From: Spirosomataceae bacterium
GTDB lineage: Bacteria > Bacteroidota > Bacteroidia > Cytophagales > Spirosomataceae
Reading direction: 5' to 3'
DNA: 64,000 bases
Assembly (NCBI GenBank): GCA_041392315.1
Contig: JAWKMH010000006.1
Location: 262,537 to 326,536 of the forward strand
Shown one piece after another: positions 11,922 through 20,882 of this stretch. Under the pieces are notes generated by a model. It was not told the DNA's origin. It ran no database searches and saw only the letters and a list, made by a program, of their open reading frames with translations. Position 1 is the first letter of the stretch; each line of letters starts with the position of its first letter. The position numbers and the translations under genes are program-made.

Positions 11922-12068
11922 TTAGTCGTTGCACCAACAGGTATTGTCGGCTCCACATGTTTTGCCAGTCCGAGGTTTTACACCGCCCATAATACCTTGT
12001 GCATTTTCTTTCGAAAGGCTTAAGATTTTGTCTGTCTTCAAAGTGATTTTGCTAATTGTCTTTTTCAT
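11922..12068 (-). CDS. Double-glycine leader peptide precursor 1 (48 aa): MKKTISKITLKTDKILSLSKENAQGIMGG-VKPRTGKTCGADNTCWCND
   Basis: Lys-rich leader ending in IMGG, core with 3 Thr and 3 Cys, A-rich 5' leader; resembles Bacteroidota lanthipeptide/GG-type precursors. Confidence 0.8.
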   Translation of the reverse strand: MKKTISKITLKTDKILSLSKENAQGIMGGVKPRTGKTCGADNTCWCND

Positions 12069-12350
12069 GATAGTTATTTGTTTTGATTGTTTTTTGTTTA
12101 ATACTTTGTTTTCGTCGTGATTGACGATACAAAGGTGTAGCATACGACAACCTTAATGAAAAATAATCTCTCAAACAGGGGAAAATTGAAGTTAAATTGT
12201 GGCTTTTATAGATTGAAGTGAAAGAATAGCTACCGATAACATCATTGAGTAGCACAAATTATATGTGATAGTTGGAGAAAAGGGAAATAGCTAATTGATA
12301 TACACTAAATTGTCATAAGTACTTGTGTATATTTAGTTTGCATTATTCTG

Positions 12351-12424
12351 TTTGACCCCGTCGGGGTCAGATGTTTATAGAAGCCAATAACCTGCTACAA
12401 ATAAACGACCCCGACGGGGTCGAA
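12351..12424. repeat. REP/BIME-like doublet of GACCCCG(T/A)CGGGGTC palindromes
   Basis: gaccccgtcggggtc (12354-12368) and gaccccgacggggtc (12407-12421) are each hairpins and are inverted copies of each other. Confidence 0.75.
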
Positions 12425-12459
12425 TAATGCAATGTATTTTTGTTTTGGTACTTAAGTAA

Positions 12460-12510
12460 CCCCTCCTAAATCCTCACGGTACGCCGTCGCGGCCTGTGAG
12501 GGAGGACTTT
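12460..12510. repeat. GC-rich REP-like hairpin (CCCCTCCTAAATCCTC...GAGGGAGGACTTT)
   Basis: Imperfect inverted repeat in an otherwise AT-rich intergenic region. Confidence 0.5.
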
Positions 12511-12613
12511 ATTGGGCTGATAATCAGAGTTATAAATCAACTGCAAATACTTGAAAATTTTTGCTTGATTACTTAACAGTTGAATTACATCTTGAAAAAA
12601 CGCAAGTCTTTCT

Positions 12614-12621
12614 TACATTTG
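12614..12621 (+). promoter_or_regulatory. Bacteroidota housekeeping -7 promoter element (TACATTTG)
   Basis: Matches TAnnTTTG about 40 bp before ATG 12660. Confidence 0.55.
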
Positions 12622-12659
12622 TACTGAATACAGTATGCTTGCAGAAGAATTATAAAAAC

Positions 12660-13940
12660 ATGGAAACTTACGGAAAAATACTTTTGATTGCGATGCCTAT
12701 TTTTTTGGGGTTGGTGCTGCTCGAAAAAATATATGGCTGGTTCGTAAAAAAACAACCTTTTAGAACCATGGACACACTTTCGAGCCTAAGCTCGGGTTAT
12801 ACTAATATCATCAAAGATGTACTTGGCTTGAGTGTTTCGATTCTGACTTACAGCTACATGGTGTCGCATTGGGCTATTTACAAAATTGAATCTACGCTTT
12901 GGGTGTATGTGGTGGCTTTCGTAGCTTTAGATTTTTCGGGCTATTGGGTGCATCGGCTGAGCCATCAAATCAATTTCTTTTGGAACAAACACGCCATTCA
13001 TCACAGCAGCGAAGAGTTTGATTTGGCTTGTGCTTTGCGGCAAAGCCTCTCCTCTTTTGTCAATTTGTTCACTATTTTTCTACTGCCTGCGGCTTTGCTG
13101 GGGGTAGATGCCCAAGTGATTGCCGTGGTAGCACCCTTGCATCTTTTTGCGCAGTTTTGGTACCATACGGTTTATATTGGCAAAATGGGTATTTTGGAAT
13201 ATATCATCGTTACGCCCTCACATCACCGTGTACACCATGCCATCAATCCCGAGTACTTGGACAAGAATCATAGTCAGATTTTTATTATTTGGGACAAACT
13301 TTTTGGTACTTTTCAGGAGGAACTACCCAATTTACCGCCCGTTTATGGTATTACCCGCCCTGCCCAAACGTGGAATCCCATCAAAATTAATTTTCAACAT
13401 TTGTGGCTGCTTATCAAAGATGCCTATCGTACTCGTAGCTGGCGCGATAAGCTACGCATTTGGTGGATGCCTACAGGCTGGCGGCCTACAGATGTGATAG
13501 ACAAATACCCTGTTCATAAGATTGACGACCCTTATCGTTTTGAGAAATATGCGCCTCAAGCATCGGTTAGTCTTAGGATTTGGACGTGGATTCAGTTTTT
13601 GTTTACGTTCGCGCTGATTAACTATTTCTTTCTCTACATTGCCAAAATAGATACCCCTTATCTATTTGTGTACGGAGGGTTTATTTTCTTATGCGTTTTT
13701 GCCTACACCGAGTTGATGGATAAAAACCCCTTGTCGGTCTATTGGGAAGGTTTCAAGAATGTCGTAGGATTATGGCTAATCTACCAAACAGGCTGGTTTG
13801 GTATGGATGAGGTGCTACCTTGGGCAGTAATACCCCTTGCGGTCTATTTTGTGATTTCTACGGTCGTGGTGATATGGTTTGTGAAGGTAGATTTGCCAAA
13901 AACCCAAAAACAAACTACGCATGAACTGGCCCATGCGTAG
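12660..13940 (+). CDS. Sterol desaturase / fatty-acid hydroxylase family (alkylglycerol monooxygenase-like) membrane protein
   Basis: His boxes HRLSH, HAIHH, HHRVHH and multiple TM segments; likely start METYGK at 12660. Confidence 0.88.
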   Translation: METYGKILLIAMPIFLGLVLLEKIYGWFVKKQPFRTMDTLSSLSSGYTNIIKDVLGLSVSILTYSYMVSHWAIYKIESTLWVYVVAFVALDFSGYWVHRLSHQINFFWNKHAIHHSSEEFDLACALRQSLSSFVNLFTIFLLPAALLGVDAQVIAVVAPLHLFAQFWYHTVYIGKMGILEYIIVTPSHHRVHHAINPEYLDKNHSQIFIIWDKLFGTFQEELPNLPPVYGITRPAQTWNPIKINFQHLWLLIKDAYRTRSWRDKLRIWWMPTGWRPTDVIDKYPVHKIDDPYRFEKYAPQASVSLRIWTWIQFLFTFALINYFFLYIAKIDTPYLFVYGGFIFLCVFAYTELMDKNPLSVYWEGFKNVVGLWLIYQTGWFGMDEVLPWAVIPLAVYFVISTVVVIWFVKVDLPKTQKQTTHELAHA

Positions 13941-13952
13941 GGTTTTGTAGCA

Positions 13953-14906
13953 TTACTCGTCCCAAAGATTTTGGAGGGTATAACCACTGCCCGGCAAGCA
14001 CCAAAAATCACCCTTGATGTAGCGATAGTCTATATTAACACTTTGCATCAGTGCCATTTCCTCCCTATTAAGTGCTATATCAGTTGCAGCTAAGTTTTCT
14101 TTCAATCGCTGTGGATTGACCGATTTGGGTATGACAGAAGTACCCCGATTGACAGCCCAAGCAAGCATAAGTTGGGCGGGTGAAATTTCTTTGCTTTTTG
14201 CTAACTCCAAGATGATGGCATTTTCAAAGAGTTTAGGCTCTCCTTCTACAATGCGAGTGGGTGGTCTATCTGCCGAGCCCAAAGGCGAGTAGCCTGTAAG
14301 ATGAATCCCTTTGGTTTGGCAAAAATCGAGCATTGTTGGTTGTTGCAAAAAAGGGTGCATTTCCAATTGATTTACTTCTGGTTGTACGCCAGTGGCTTGG
14401 GTCACTTCCATTATTTTTTTGGCGCTAAAATTAGAAACGCCAATGTGCCGAGCAAGTCCTTTTTCTTTCAATTCAATCATACCTGCCCAAGTTTCTGAGA
14501 GGGGTACTTCACTGAGACTTAACATATCTTCGCCTACTGTCGGAAAAGTAATTGCTGGTTTGAGCGCAATCGGCCAATGAATCAGGTACAAATCCAAATA
14601 ATCAAGCTGCAAATCAGCCAAGGAAGTTTTGATAGAGGGTAGGATATATGGCTTTTGGTGGCTGTTGTTCCACAGTTTAGAAGTAATCCAAAGTTCGCTT
14701 CTTTTCACATCCCCTACTTTGAGGGCGTCGGTCAGAGCTTGGCCTATCTCTTTTTCGTTCCCATACAACAGCGCACAGTCAAAATGTCGATAGCCTATCT
14801 CAATGGCCGATCGAACGGCCGCATATACTTCTCCTTTGGCCGATTTCCACGTACCGAGCCCAAGTGCTGGCATTGGGTCGTCGTTGCTAAATGATAGGTA
14901 TTTCAT
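13953..14906 (-). CDS. Aldo/keto reductase
   Basis: LGLGTW, DCALLYGNE, LDLYLIHWP, IGVSNF, IPKS. Confidence 0.93.
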   Translation of the reverse strand: MKYLSFSNDDPMPALGLGTWKSAKGEVYAAVRSAIEIGYRHFDCALLYGNEKEIGQALTDALKVGDVKRSELWITSKLWNNSHQKPYILPSIKTSLADLQLDYLDLYLIHWPIALKPAITFPTVGEDMLSLSEVPLSETWAGMIELKEKGLARHIGVSNFSAKKIMEVTQATGVQPEVNQLEMHPFLQQPTMLDFCQTKGIHLTGYSPLGSADRPPTRIVEGEPKLFENAIILELAKSKEISPAQLMLAWAVNRGTSVIPKSVNPQRLKENLAATDIALNREEMALMQSVNIDYRYIKGDFWCLPGSGYTLQNLWDE

Positions 14907-15004
14907 GTTTTATAGTCTTAATTAATTGATTCGTGCTTTGGTAGCTAAAATTTAAAACCATTAAAGCCTTCATTTAGTTTAAGACTATAAAACGTACCTT
15001 TCTA

Positions 15005-15709
15005 ATGCAATTTTCGGGAAAAAATATTTTAATTGTGGGCGCAAGCTCAGGTATTGGCTTGGCCATTGCCCAATCGCTGCAAACAGAGGGAGCTACTCTT
15101 TTTACGGCTTCTCGTACTACCCCAGTAGGTATTCAGAGTACGCATCTGACGTGGGACGTAGCACAGCCTGCCGCAGGTATTTTTGATACCTTGCCCGAGG
15201 TGCTACATGGCATAGTCTATGCACCAGGCACTATCAATCTCAAGCCTTTTCAGCGGTTTTCTTTAGAAGATTTCAAGCAAGATTTCGACATCAATGTACT
15301 GGGGGCAGTGGCGGCCATTCAAGCCAATTTGACACGCCTCCGCAAAGCGGGTGGCGCTTCGATTGTGTTGTTTAGCACCGTGGCCGTGCAAATGGGCATG
15401 GGCTTTCATGCGTCTATTGCTACCGCCAAAGGGGCGGTTGAGGGGCTGACTCGCTCTTTGGCGGCAGAACTGGCAGCCGTCAAAATCCGCTGCAATGCCC
15501 TTGCCCCTTCACTCACCGATACCCCCTTGGCCAATGCCCTACTCTCTACCAACGAAAAGCGTGAAGCTTCCAACAAACGCCACCCCATCGGGCGCGTGGG
15601 TACAGCACAAGACTTGGCCGCTGCCGCCAAACTCCTTCTCTCCGATGAGGGTAGTTGGATAACAGGCCAAGTGATTGGTATTGACGGTGGCATGGGACGG
15701 CTGAAGTAG
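15005..15709 (+). CDS. SDR family oxidoreductase
   Basis: VGASSGIG Rossmann motif; LAPSLTDTP; SWITGQVIGIDGG. Confidence 0.92.
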   Translation: MQFSGKNILIVGASSGIGLAIAQSLQTEGATLFTASRTTPVGIQSTHLTWDVAQPAAGIFDTLPEVLHGIVYAPGTINLKPFQRFSLEDFKQDFDINVLGAVAAIQANLTRLRKAGGASIVLFSTVAVQMGMGFHASIATAKGAVEGLTRSLAAELAAVKIRCNALAPSLTDTPLANALLSTNEKREASNKRHPIGRVGTAQDLAAAAKLLLSDEGSWITGQVIGIDGGMGRLK

Positions 15710-15813
15710 CTACTTTTGGTCTCAGACCCAACTACTGAAGTATCTATGTTAGGATATCCTCCTATAATTACACCTAAATTTATAACACAGAACCGCTAAA
15801 AAATAGATGGGTA

Positions 15814-16149
15814 ATGAACAATGAAATATTCGGCAGGTTGGTAGAATTCGTTTACCAAAAGAGAGGGAAGTATAAAAAAAAACTCATTAGGCATACCCAA
15901 GTAGAAAGAGATTTATACATGACTGGTGATGATACTGTAGAGTTTATGGACGCCTTTTTTTATCATTTTAACATAGATTCTACTGGTTTTGAATTTTGTA
16001 GATACTTTGATGAAGAAGGTTTTGGAATTAATTTCAGATGGCTCATGAGTAAAATTAGGCGAGTACCCTACACCAAACGCTCTCCACACAAAATAACAAT
16101 GGGTGATTTAGAAGAATGTATTATTAAAAAAAGGTGGATTGACCCATAG
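15814..16149 (+). CDS. DUF1493-like (acyl-carrier-like fold) small protein
   Basis: DLxxxGDD..EF...F.ID...F.F..YF..E and ITMGDL pattern; AT-rich. Confidence 0.65.
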   Translation: MNNEIFGRLVEFVYQKRGKYKKKLIRHTQVERDLYMTGDDTVEFMDAFFYHFNIDSTGFEFCRYFDEEGFGINFRWLMSKIRRVPYTKRSPHKITMGDLEECIIKKRWIDP

Positions 16150-16200
16150 AAAATAGTCAAGAACACCATAAAACTGTGAAACCACCCCAAGCATAGTGAT

Positions 16201-17449
16201 TTACTTGAAATCGATTATAAATTCAGCCTTCTTGGTCTGCGGTTTTTTCTTTTTGTAGGTAACATTCCACATATCCCCTTCTTTCACTATTCTGACGGCT
16301 TCCTCAAAAAGTAAGGGTTCGGCTTTGTTTTGGTTTTTGAAGTCTTTCAATTTGCCTGTTTTATCTATGGTAAAGCCCACCACTACCCGCCCGCGTGGTG
16401 CTTGCGGGTGCTGTGCTACAAATCGGGCTGCCGAGGTTATTAAATACTCATTATATGCCTTCCAACCGTTTTTAGGACTCACTTTTTGATTTTTATCAGG
16501 GTGACTTGATACCACTACTTCACTCAAGACTTGCTTATCTTCTTGCATGGCAATGATGGGTAGTATCGAATCCTTGACGGTGAGTTGGGTAGGTTGATAG
16601 CCGATGGATTTGATGATAAGTTGACTATTTCTGGGGATATTGCGAAGTATAAAATTTCCATTTGAATCCGTCATTACACTTGTCGAGTGTCCTACCAATG
16701 CCACCGTACCGCCCACCAAGGCTTGTTGATTGTCCGCATCTATCACGCGGCCACGGAGCGTAAAAAAAGGCTCGTTGGCAGGGGCAGGCGCACTCGCTTT
16801 TACAGCTGCTGTCCGTGCTACTTTGCTACTTTCTTCTAAAACCCTACTTGGTGGGTTTTCTTAGGGTGGTGGCGTAGGCACTGCCTCTGACAAAAGCGCC
16901 TCTTGCACCTCTTCTTTTTTCAAATGCTCGCTGGCCACTACAGCCGTAGGTAGTGGCTGTGTTGGGGCAGTAGTCGCTGCTTTTTCTTTGGAGGGTTTGC
17001 AGTTGCTATTTTAGGTGTTTTAGTACCTTCTTTTGAGGAATAGGTACCGCAGCAGATAGCGGTGCGGCTTCTTCAATAGGCTCTGTGGTTTCTTTGTTTA
17101 CAGAAGAGGTAGCCACGGCTGCAGGACTTTCTGCTTGTTCTTTCACCAACCACCAACTCAACCCCACTGCCAAAACTACGGCCGCTGCCGACGCATAGTA
17201 AAAAGGGAATAACCTTTTATCTTTTTTTTCTACACGCCCCAATAGCCTTTGGCGTAATTCCACCAAAGTAGCTTCTGTATCAATGCCTGTTTCTTTCAGC
17301 GCAATGAGACCTTCCAAGGTATCGTCTATCTGTGGATTTTGTAAAGCTGCTTTTTCGACTTGGTGTTGTTCCTCGTGCGACAACCCTCCCGCTACATATT
17401 GGCGTAGCTGGTCGGTAGTGGGATGGTTATGTCTTTTTTGTTTATCCAT
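16201..17449 (-). CDS. Putative membrane anti-sigma factor with carboxypeptidase-regulatory-like and TonB C-terminal domains (frameshifted in linker)
   Basis: N-terminal LRQYVAGGLSHEEQHQVE anti-sigma-like domain, TM helix, Pro/Ala linker, then TDSNGNF...IGY and GRVVVGFTIDKTG...EEAVRIVKEG; overlaps the ECF sigma stop. Confidence 0.75.
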
Positions 17450-18026
17450 GTCGTTTGCCCTCCATGCACAATTTCAGGTTTCTTTTTCCATTTTGGAGAT
17501 AACTCTTCACTTTAGACAGCGCAAAACCCGTTTGATCTGCAATCTGCTGATAGCACAGTTGTTGAAAAAAAAACAACTCTACACTTTGGCGTTGCTCTTG
17601 AGCAAGTGTTTGCATACAGTCACCCAAATCGGCCAGTTGATGTTCTATTTCCCAGCCGTCTTTTTCAGGTGATTGGGCCACAAAATTTTCGTAGGCTTCG
17701 TTTTCAAAAATACCCTCATCACCTACCGCTATTTTCTTTTGGCGGAGTTGCATCAAACAAAAATTTCGTGCTACACTATGCAGCCAACTTTTAAAGTTTT
17801 GCACTTCATGATTTTTCAAATCTGTGATGATTTGCTCAAAAATCTGCATGACACCATCCTTGGCCTCATCTTCGTCGCGCAGGTATTTGAAACATACCGC
17901 AAAAACCATGTCTATATGACGCTCATACAAAACCCCCAAGCCCTCTAAATCGCCTGTGCGCTGGTATGCCACCAAGTAATCGGTGTCGGTAAGGGTAGTT
18001 TTAGTACGAAATATTTTCAAAAACAT
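17442..18026 (-). CDS. ECF RNA polymerase sigma factor
   Basis: Region 2 (KYLRDEDEAKD, FKSWLHSVARN) and region 4 (YQQIADQTGFALSKVKSYLQNGKRNL). Confidence 0.92.
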   Translation of the reverse strand: MFLKIFRTKTTLTDTDYLVAYQRTGDLEGLGVLYERHIDMVFAVCFKYLRDEDEAKDGVMQIFEQIITDLKNHEVQNFKSWLHSVARNFCLMQLRQKKIAVGDEGIFENEAYENFVAQSPEKDGWEIEHQLADLGDCMQTLAQEQRQSVELFFFQQLCYQQIADQTGFALSKVKSYLQNGKRNLKLCMEGKRHG

Positions 18027-18154
18027 ACACTACGAGTTATTCCTTTTTTATAGTAGATGCAGTCGGTTTGTACTTTCCACAAAAATTTTTCAAAAACTTT
18101 TATGGAATCATGCACCTTGCTGCATCCAATGGTTGAAACTAAACGAAAACAATC

Positions 18155-20017
18155 ATGAAAACAAACATTTTTTGCTTCCTCTTTAGCACCTTGGCCTTGC
18201 TTGCTTGCGCACAATCTTCGCCTGTTACCATCACAGGGACAGTTGTTGAAACGAACACCCACCAGCCGCTTGCAGGTGTCGGCGTGGCTATCAAAAACAC
18301 CAAAACAGGAACTACTACCGATGCCAACGGTCGCTATCGCATGGCTGCTCATGTAGGCGACAAGCTTGTTTTTAGCTTTGTAGGTTATCAAAATGAAGAA
18401 CGAAAAATTGGAAAAGACTCTGTTATTAATGTGGCATTACAGATAGGCTCGCAAGTTTTGCATGAAGTAGTCGTTGCGGCTGAACGCACCTCTTCTTTCT
18501 CCAAAATGCAGCCAAACGCCTTGCCTCCCACGTTTGCACCCTATCCAGGTATGCCAGCAGGTACCCATTTCAATACAGAAGAGTACAAAGCATTGAACGA
18601 AAATAGTTTTCACGATACCCAAAAAAATCCGCTGACTACTTTTTCGATTGATGTGGACAGAGCAGCTTACAGCAATGTACGTCGGATGTTGAATTTGGGG
18701 CAGTTTCCACAACGCGATATGGTGCGTATCGAAGAGATGATTAACTATTTTGATTATGACTACGCCCAGCCCAAAGGCGAACACCCTGTGGCTATTCATA
18801 CCGAGTTGTCAGATTCACCCTGGAACAAAGGCTTAAAATTACTGCATATTGGGCTTCAAGCCAAGACCATTCCAACGGATAATCTACCTGCCTCCAATTT
18901 AGTATTTTTGATTGATGTATCGGGTTCGATGAATGCGGCCAATAAATTACCATTGGTTAAGGAAGCGTTCAAGTTGTTGGTAAATCAACTGCGCCCTTCC
19001 GATCGTGTGGCCATTGTTGTCTATGCAGGAGCTGCAGGAGTAGTATTACCTTCCACTGCGGGAAACCAAACAGCGACCATCAAAGATGCGCTCGACCAAC
19101 TCGCTGCAGGAGGCTCTACGGCAGGGGGCGAAGGTATCCGATTGGCTTATAAAATTGCCCAAGAGAATTTTATCAAAAATGGTAATAACCGCGTGATTTT
19201 GGCCAGCGACGGCGATTTCAACGTAGGAGTATCGAGCGAGGGCGAGCTACAACAAATCGTCGAAGAAAAGCGCAAAAGTGGTGTTTATTTAAGCGTTTTG
19301 GGTTTTGGCATGGGCAATTACAAAGACAATAAAATGGAAACCATTGCCGACAAGGGCAACGGCAACTATGCCTATATTGATAATCTTCAAGAAGCCCACA
19401 AAGTGTTTGTGCATGAATTTGGCGGCACGATGTTTACTATAGCGAAAGACGTAAAATTGCAGTTAGAGTTTAACCCAACTTTTGTAAAAGGTTATCGCCT
19501 GATTGGTTATGAAAACCGCATGATGAAAAACGAGGAATTTAACGACGACAAAAAAGACGCGGGCGAAATGGGCAGTGGCCATACCGTAACAGCCCTCTAC
19601 GAAATTATCCCTGCAGGTGTAGAGAGCGCGTATTTGGCCAAGATAGATGAATTGAAATACCAAAAAACAGTCGTTGCGGCCTCGTCGCAATCCAACGAAC
19701 TGCTGACCCTCAAGCTACGTTATAAACTTCCTGATAGCGAAAAAAGCCGTTTGATAGAAGTAGCGGTGCGCGATATACACACTCCTTTTGAAAAAACCTC
19801 CAACAACTTTCGCTTTGCGGCTTCGGTAGCCGAGTGGGGCTTGTTGCTGCGCAATTCTGAATTTAAAGGAGCCGCTACTTATGCCCAAGTTATCCAAACA
19901 GCCCAACAGGCCTTGGCCAAAGATTCTGAAGGGTATCGTTCGGAGTTCGTAAGATTAGTTAAATTGGCGAAAGACTTAGATAAAAACGATGGCGTAGTAA
20001 AAGCAGCAGACGAATAA
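18155..20017 (+). CDS. YfbK-like VWA domain protein (carboxypeptidase-regulatory-like + vWF_A + VWA + DUF3520)
   Basis: TTFSIDVD, VRIEEMINYF, MIDAS motif DVSGSM, ILASDGDFNVG, YRLIGYENR, DAGEMGSGHTVTALYE. Confidence 0.92.
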   Translation: MKTNIFCFLFSTLALLACAQSSPVTITGTVVETNTHQPLAGVGVAIKNTKTGTTTDANGRYRMAAHVGDKLVFSFVGYQNEERKIGKDSVINVALQIGSQVLHEVVVAAERTSSFSKMQPNALPPTFAPYPGMPAGTHFNTEEYKALNENSFHDTQKNPLTTFSIDVDRAAYSNVRRMLNLGQFPQRDMVRIEEMINYFDYDYAQPKGEHPVAIHTELSDSPWNKGLKLLHIGLQAKTIPTDNLPASNLVFLIDVSGSMNAANKLPLVKEAFKLLVNQLRPSDRVAIVVYAGAAGVVLPSTAGNQTATIKDALDQLAAGGSTAGGEGIRLAYKIAQENFIKNGNNRVILASDGDFNVGVSSEGELQQIVEEKRKSGVYLSVLGFGMGNYKDNKMETIADKGNGNYAYIDNLQEAHKVFVHEFGGTMFTIAKDVKLQLEFNPTFVKGYRLIGYENRMMKNEEFNDDKKDAGEMGSGHTVTALYEIIPAGVESAYLAKIDELKYQKTVVAASSQSNELLTLKLRYKLPDSEKSRLIEVAVRDIHTPFEKTSNNFRFAASVAEWGLLLRNSEFKGAATYAQVIQTAQQALAKDSEGYRSEFVRLVKLAKDLDKNDGVVKAADE

Positions 20018-20021
20018 ACAG

Positions 20022-20067
20022 CAAAGTCATTGGTTGTCCACAACGTTGTGGACAACCAATGACTTTG
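20022..20067. terminator. Perfect 46-bp palindrome between convergent genes (probable bidirectional terminator)
   Basis: caaagtcattggttgtccacaac|gttgtggacaaccaatgactttg equals its own reverse complement. Confidence 0.7.
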
Positions 20068-20089
20068 TAAGTAGTTGATGGATAATATC

Positions 20090-20725
20090 CTATCGCAACG
20101 TTCCGGTACTGGGACTATATTTGCCCAAAGGAAAACTCAAACCCACATTGATACCCCAAGAACGATTATATACATCAGGAACTGTGTTCATTACCTGGGT
20201 CAGGCCCAAGTTGTAACGTAAATCGGCGTTTAGCCAAACTTTGTTACCAATCGAATAGTTGAATCCTGCACCCATAGCAGCTCCTGCGTCAAATCCTTTA
20301 TAAGGAGGATTTACACCCTCAGGATTGATTGACACCCCACTTTCATTAACAGCCTGTGCCAAAAAACCGATGTAAGGACCAAGCATTACTTTGGGGCGAA
20401 ATTTATTACCTCTACCATTAAGATAATAAGTACCCATGACGGGGACTTGAATATAATCTAAATGTCCCTTAGATGCTCCATTAGAAGATTGGCCTCCCAT
20501 TCTACTATATAACAGTTGGCCATTTAAACCAAATCTGCTTTGACCACTGTAATTAATAAAAAGACCTAAAGAAGGGCCTGGTTTCCAATCATTATAAATG
20601 GTATTTCCTGTAAGCCTTGAAAAATTTAGACCTACAATAGGGCCAAAAGACACATTTTCTTGAGCCACAACAGTAGTAAAAGAAAACGCTGAAATGATAG
20701 TTAGAACGACAAGAGCCTTTTTCAT
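20090..20725 (-). CDS. Outer membrane beta-barrel (porin/PorT-like family) protein
   Basis: Signal peptide MKKALVV..., GPIVGLNFS, LDYIQVPV, GPYIGFL, DLRYNLGL; start at 20725 preferred over 20842. Confidence 0.82.
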   Translation of the reverse strand: MKKALVVLTIISAFSFTTVVAQENVSFGPIVGLNFSRLTGNTIYNDWKPGPSLGLFINYSGQSRFGLNGQLLYSRMGGQSSNGASKGHLDYIQVPVMGTYYLNGRGNKFRPKVMLGPYIGFLAQAVNESGVSINPEGVNPPYKGFDAGAAMGAGFNYSIGNKVWLNADLRYNLGLTQVMNTVPDVYNRSWGINVGLSFPLGKYSPSTGTLR

Positions 20726-20810
20726 GATTATAAATAGATGATAGTTGAACAAATTGAGTTGATTGTAAATTCTATATGTCAAAAGCTGTTCCTCTTTCAT
20801 AAAAAAGGTA

Positions 20811-20854
20811 GCAGGTCTAAATTTGGGGAAATATTTCCCCAAATTTAGACCTGC
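20811..20854. repeat. Perfect 44-bp palindrome (possible terminator of the upstream SDR gene)
   Basis: gcaggtctaaatttggggaaat|atttccccaaatttagacctgc equals its own reverse complement. Confidence 0.75.
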
Positions 20855-20882
20855 CTTTACTCAAAGTCGCTATTTTTAAGAA

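Noticed and set aside
20726-20842. N-terminal extensions proposed by the ORF track (also 12561, 12143, 29611)
   Set aside because: They start inside palindromes, promoters or repeats; downstream ATGs give proper signal peptides or family-typical starts
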